Shown here piece after piece: positions 25,971 to 29,596 of a stretch of DNA of 29,596 bases. Source of the stretch: a virus (lineage: Duplodnaviria > Caudoviricetes); IMG/VR virus record IMGVR_UViG_3300012352_000387, positions 1 to 29,596 of that record, one strand, 5' to 3'. Position 1 is the first letter of the stretch. Each line of letters begins with the position of its first letter. The notes under the pieces were generated by a model that worked only from the letters and a program-made list of their open reading frames with translations, did no database searches and was not told the DNA's origin. A program made the translations under genes and the position numbers.

Positions 25971-27029
25971 ATGAATGAAGAACATGACATCAAGCCAAGC
26001 CAACTCCGCTTCCTCTCCGTATGCTCCGGCATCGAGGCCGCGTCCGTCGCATGGGAACCTATCGGATGGAAAGCCGTCGGCTTTTCCGAGATCGAACCCT
26101 TCCCTTGCGCAGTCCTAAAACATCGCTTCCCGAATACTCCTAATCATGGCGACCTTACCAAATGGAAATCTTGGGGACTCGAACCCGGTTCAATCGACCT
26201 TCTCGTTTCTGGAACTCCATGCCAAGCCTTCTCCGTCGCCGGACTTCGGAAAGGACTCGCCGACCCTCGCGGCAACCTCGCCCTCGTCTTTCTTGGACTC
26301 GCTGATAGCATCAAGCCCAAGTGGATTGTCTGGGAAAATGTCCCCGGCGTATTGTCATCGAACGGAGGACGGGATTTTGGTTCCTTCCTCGGGGCGTTGG
26401 TCGAACTCGGGTATGGGGTCGCATATCGAGTTCTTGACGCTTCACGCTTCGGAGTCCCCCAGCGTCGCCGTCGAGTCTTTCTTATCGGATGTCTTGGAGA
26501 TTGGCGATCTGCCGCGGAAGTATTATTTGAGTCCGATTGCCTGCGCAGGGATCCTTCGTCGCGCCGAAAAAAGGGGGAAGGAATTACCTCCTGCGCTAAA
26601 TGTGGCGTTGAACCAGACAGCCAAAAGCCAATTGTAATCGACCGCGCCGCGTTTAACCAAGGTGCAAACGCACAATACGAACCGCATATCGAACAGACCG
26701 AGGTCATGGATACGCTTGTCAGCAAAGGTCCGCACGCGGTTGGGCATCATTCATGCGCTGGACATCAACATAGGATTGGAGATTATTCTTTTTTGATTGC
26801 TCCATTAGTCCCTATGGCGGTTCGCCGTTTGACTCCTAACGAATGTCTCCGGTTGCAAGGCTTCCCAGATGATTGGACAAAGATTCCTTGGAAGGGTAAG
26901 CCCGCAGACGAAACTCCCGACGGACCTCAATACAAGGCCGCAGGAAACTCGATGGCGGTTCCTTGTATGCGCTGGATCGGGGAGAGGATCGCCAAAGTTG
27001 ATGCCAAGCGTAAAGCCGAAGGGCGATGA
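25971..27029 (+). CDS. DNA (cytosine-5) methyltransferase
   Basis: SVCSGIEA (I), GTPCQAFS (IV), WENVPG (VI), PQRRRRVF (VIII), RRLTPNECLRLQGFPD (IX), YKAAGNS (X). Confidence 0.95.
   Translation: MNEEHDIKPSQLRFLSVCSGIEAASVAWEPIGWKAVGFSEIEPFPCAVLKHRFPNTPNHGDLTKWKSWGLEPGSIDLLVSGTPCQAFSVAGLRKGLADPRGNLALVFLGLADSIKPKWIVWENVPGVLSSNGGRDFGSFLGALVELGYGVAYRVLDASRFGVPQRRRRVFLIGCLGDWRSAAEVLFESDCLRRDPSSRRKKGEGITSCAKCGVEPDSQKPIVIDRAAFNQGANAQYEPHIEQTEVMDTLVSKGPHAVGHHSCAGHQHRIGDYSFLIAPLVPMAVRRLTPNECLRLQGFPDDWTKIPWKGKPADETPDGPQYKAAGNSMAVPCMRWIGERIAKVDAKRKAEGR
26146..26637 (+). CDS. Nested +1-frame ORF, putative methyltransferase second (beta) polypeptide
   Basis: 163 aa entirely inside the MTase gene. The C-terminus LSDVLE...KYYLSPIACAGILRRAEKRGKELP looks like a real MTase segment. 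Confidence 0.65.
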   Translation: MATLPNGNLGDSNPVQSTFSFLELHAKPSPSPDFGKDSPTLAATSPSSFLDSLIASSPSGLSGKMSPAYCHRTEDGILVPSSGRWSNSGMGSHIEFLTLHASESPSVAVESFLSDVLEIGDLPRKYYLSPIACAGILRRAEKRGKELPPALNVALNQTAKSQL

Positions 27030-28348
27030 GCCAGCCGACAAAGACGACTTGCGCCGAGTCTCTCTTGCTCGGCTCAATCATCCGCGACGGACTAACCCTC
27101 CCCGCCGGACTTATCCCATCGGACTTCATCGAGCCGCTTAACCAAGAGGTCGCCGCCGCCCTTGTGCATATGGCGGAGCAAGGAACAAGCGTCGATGACC
27201 TAACAACCTCCATCGTTCTCCGCGACCGCAAGGCGACGGCTCAAGCCCACTATGTCAACGAACTGACATCGGCAGCGGAGTTTCGGGCATACAACCCGGC
27301 ATGGGCCGATGAGGTCCGCCGTCTCGCGGTCCTCCGGCGGATCGCCATCGCAACCCGTAAGGCGACCGAACTCGCTTCGGACTCTGCGGCGAACCCGGAA
27401 GCCGTCCTCGCGTTCCTCGACGGAAGCCTAAAGGCGACGGCCTCGACCGCCAAGCCGTCCGGCGCGCAAGACGACGCTATCCCGATGCCGCTTGACGACC
27501 TCGAAGCCTTCGACCGCGAGAACGACCCGAACTGCGTCATCGGCAAACGGTGGCTTTGCAAGGGCGGCTCATGCTTCCTTGTCAGTCAGTCCGGGGTCGG
27601 GAAGTCCTCGTTCTCACTCCAATTCATGATCTCGCTCGCCCTCAAGCGTTCGTTCTTCGGCATCGAAGCCAAGCGGCCCTTGCGAGTCGTCATCGCCCAA
27701 CGGGAAAATGATTTTGGCGATGTAGCGGAGCCGTTCGCCGACATCGTTCGCGGCATGAACCTACATCAACCCGAGCGTGCCATGCTCTCCGAGAACCTTT
27801 TTATCTATCGCCTCAAGCGAGTCGTCGGCAAGGAGTTCGTCGATTCCATCAAGATGCTTGTCCTCCGGCATTCCGCCGATGTCGTCCTAATCGACCCGTT
27901 GACCGCGTTCGCCGGGATCAAATTGGCGGATCAAGAACAAGTCACGGGCTTTTGCCGCGACCTCCTCGACCCCATGCTCTCGGAAACCGGGGTCGTTCTA
28001 TTTGCGGTCCATCATACCAACAAGCCAGCGAACCCGAAGGACAAGGCGGGACAGACTTCCGCCGACCTCGCCTATGCCGGAAGTGGCGCGGCGGATTTTG
28101 TAAATTACTTCCGCGAGGTCGCCGTTTTGCAAAGATGCCAAGGCGACGAACCAATCTTTAAGTTCTCGTTGACCAAGCGGCGCGGTCGGTCGGACCTCCG
28201 GAACGAACTCGGGGACTACGCGGGCGAAATCTATGTCCGGCATTCCCCCATCAAGGGCGTTATCCGGTGGGAACGCTCAAGCCCGCCCGAACCAGCCGAC
28301 GGGGATAGCGATTCCAAGCCCGCCAAGGCATCAAGGCGGCAGTTTTAA
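27026..28348 (+). CDS. Replicative helicase: DnaB-like N-terminal domain plus RecA/AAA_25 ATPase
   Basis: AESLLLGSII..SDF N-terminus, Walker A SQSGVGKS, Walker B VLIDP, VHHTNK, YAGSG. Confidence 0.85.
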   Translation: MSQPTKTTCAESLLLGSIIRDGLTLPAGLIPSDFIEPLNQEVAAALVHMAEQGTSVDDLTTSIVLRDRKATAQAHYVNELTSAAEFRAYNPAWADEVRRLAVLRRIAIATRKATELASDSAANPEAVLAFLDGSLKATASTAKPSGAQDDAIPMPLDDLEAFDRENDPNCVIGKRWLCKGGSCFLVSQSGVGKSSFSLQFMISLALKRSFFGIEAKRPLRVVIAQRENDFGDVAEPFADIVRGMNLHQPERAMLSENLFIYRLKRVVGKEFVDSIKMLVLRHSADVVLIDPLTAFAGIKLADQEQVTGFCRDLLDPMLSETGVVLFAVHHTNKPANPKDKAGQTSADLAYAGSGAADFVNYFREVAVLQRCQGDEPIFKFSLTKRRGRSDLRNELGDYAGEIYVRHSPIKGVIRWERSSPPEPADGDSDSKPAKASRRQF

Positions 28349-28482
28349 CCCGGAGTCTATATACTCCCCGCCTCCGATGACTAACCCCGCCTTAAATCGC
28401 CTCCTATGCGGCGCGCGATCCGAACGCCCCGGAACCCCGACTCAACCCCTTTGGTTTTTGGATTCGATTGCATACTTCCATA

Positions 28483-28553
28483 GACTCCCCCCCTTCGGGG
28501 AGGGAGGTCATATGCGCTCCGCTTCCCCCCCTTACGCTTCGCTCGGGGGAGCG
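28483..28553. other. Tandem GC-rich hairpins downstream of the helicase
   Basis: CTCCC-C-CCC(TTCG)GGG-A-GGGAG with a cUUCGg loop, then CGCTTCCCCC...GGGGGAGCG. Confidence 0.55.
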
Positions 28554-28579
28554 TCGCGGTTCCCAACCAACCTTTCCCG

Positions 28580-28969
28580 ATGAATCCCAAGCCAAGGAAA
28601 CCCCTTACAAGGTTCGACCGATGGAACATCGCCCGCTTGAATCATCTCAAGTTCTGGGCGAAGAAATGGCGCGAGAACCCGGAGGGCCAAGAGAAGAACC
28701 GACGGCTCGGAGTCCTCGCCTCAAAAGCCAAGAGGCAATCAAGGAATGAGAAACTCCGAGAAATCATTTCGACTTGGCCCGCCAAGATGAACCCGGACGA
28801 ACTCCGGCAAAGGATTGCTGGCATCTTCCCGAGTCATTATAACCCTCGGTCGGCGACAAACCGGATCGTCCGGCTCGGACTCATGTCCTTCGACCGTCCT
28901 TGTCGTTCATGGGTAAACAATACAACAAACCATCCGACCCCTTGCATCGGCGACGCGGACAAGGCATAA
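28580..28969 (+). CDS. Hypothetical basic protein
   Basis: Pyrimidine/AC-rich leader, Lys/Arg-rich, possible winged-helix C-terminus. Confidence 0.55.
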   Translation: MNPKPRKPLTRFDRWNIARLNHLKFWAKKWRENPEGQEKNRRLGVLASKAKRQSRNEKLREIISTWPAKMNPDELRQRIAGIFPSHYNPRSATNRIVRLGLMSFDRPCRSWVNNTTNHPTPCIGDADKA

Positions 28970-28993
28970 TGTCCCCGCAACCCATCGACCGCC

Positions 28994-29518
28994 TTGAATC
29001 ACGAAGCCCAAGAGGATACGCCGAAGTTCATCCGCGACCAAATGGATTCGTTCTTCGACTCGCTTCCCAAGGACGCGCAAGAGAAGATGCGGGCCGAAGG
29101 CTATCGCCCTTACCGAGAACTGCCCCGGACGATTGATTCCGTCTTCCCGGTGTATGAACAAGCGAAATGCTTTAACATCCTCCCAGACTTTGCGGCCTTC
29201 GACGACGCGCCGGGGTTGGCGGATGAGAAGCCGAAATATACGCAAGGCGATATGGTCCGGACGATCCGTATGATCGTTGACCATTTCTCCGCGCGGCTTG
29301 CGATGTCGCGTTGCCCGTCGGTCCGCAATGAGTTCGGCTTGGTCCTCGCCTCCCTATCCATTTGCCCGACGACTCAAACCCAACTCGCCAAGCAATCCGG
29401 AATTACAAAGGCAAGGATTACCCACAAAATCGGCGAGATTAAAGAGAAGGTTCTTCGTCATAAAACTCGTAAAGCGCTCATAAAAAAATCAAATAGTAAT
29501 GACGGGGTTCAATCGTAA
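28994..29518 (+). CDS. Putative transcriptional regulator with C-terminal HTH
   Basis: TQTQLAKQSGITKARITHKI resembles a sigma region-4 HTH. Last gene before the packaging genes if the genome is circular. Start uncertain (TTG). Confidence 0.55.
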   Translation: MNHEAQEDTPKFIRDQMDSFFDSLPKDAQEKMRAEGYRPYRELPRTIDSVFPVYEQAKCFNILPDFAAFDDAPGLADEKPKYTQGDMVRTIRMIVDHFSARLAMSRCPSVRNEFGLVLASLSICPTTQTQLAKQSGITKARITHKIGEIKEKVLRHKTRKALIKKSNSNDGVQS

Positions 29519-29596
29519 GACCATGATTGCCACCCCTACCCATTCGCCTTTGTCGAAGAATAGGCACGAAAACGGCCCAAAAGGGGTGTTTAAGGA

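Noticed and set aside
28376-28583. 68-aa ORF overlapping the hairpins (MTNPALN...)
   Set aside because: Pro/Gly/Ser-rich product dictated by C and G runs. It does end in an ATGA overlap, so it is not excluded, but support is too weak to call.
1-29596. Stop-codon reassignment (TAG is rare)
   Set aside because: Genes tile fully under the standard code, and TAG ends the ORF at 24908 just before the next start.

Overview
Almost complete genome of a small (~30 kb) tailed dsDNA phage with a lambda-like head module. Every credible gene is on the + strand, and most are coupled by ATGA/TAATG overlaps. Gene order: terminase small subunit (open at the left edge), GpA-type terminase large subunit, gpW-like protein, lambda-type portal, S49 maturation protease, HAD-phosphatase/scaffold fusion, major capsid protein, neck and tail genes with a very short tape-measure candidate, a repeat-rich tail fibre, and a membrane/lysis cluster. 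After a structured intergenic region come small early genes, a lytic transglycosylase, RuvC-like resolvase, ERF recombinase, RecE-like exonuclease, SSB candidate, dNMP kinase, metallophosphoesterase, C5 DNA methyltransferase, DnaB-N/AAA helicase and an HTH regulator. I recognised no integrase, DNA polymerase, primase, tRNA or CRISPR array. Main observations: (1) a TWWAC-N6-GCAAW motif 4-6 nt before five late start codons, one of them inside the HAD/scaffold gene; (2) the intact HAD phosphatase fused to the scaffold; (3) a second protein nested in the +1 frame of the methyltransferase; (4) early genes built as cassettes with repeated promoter/leader junctions; (5) a unimolecular-spanin-like lipoprotein, an Asp-rich micropeptide coupled to the holin, and a remote signal-peptide muralytic enzyme. 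All calls come from motif recognition and synteny by eye; no searches were run.
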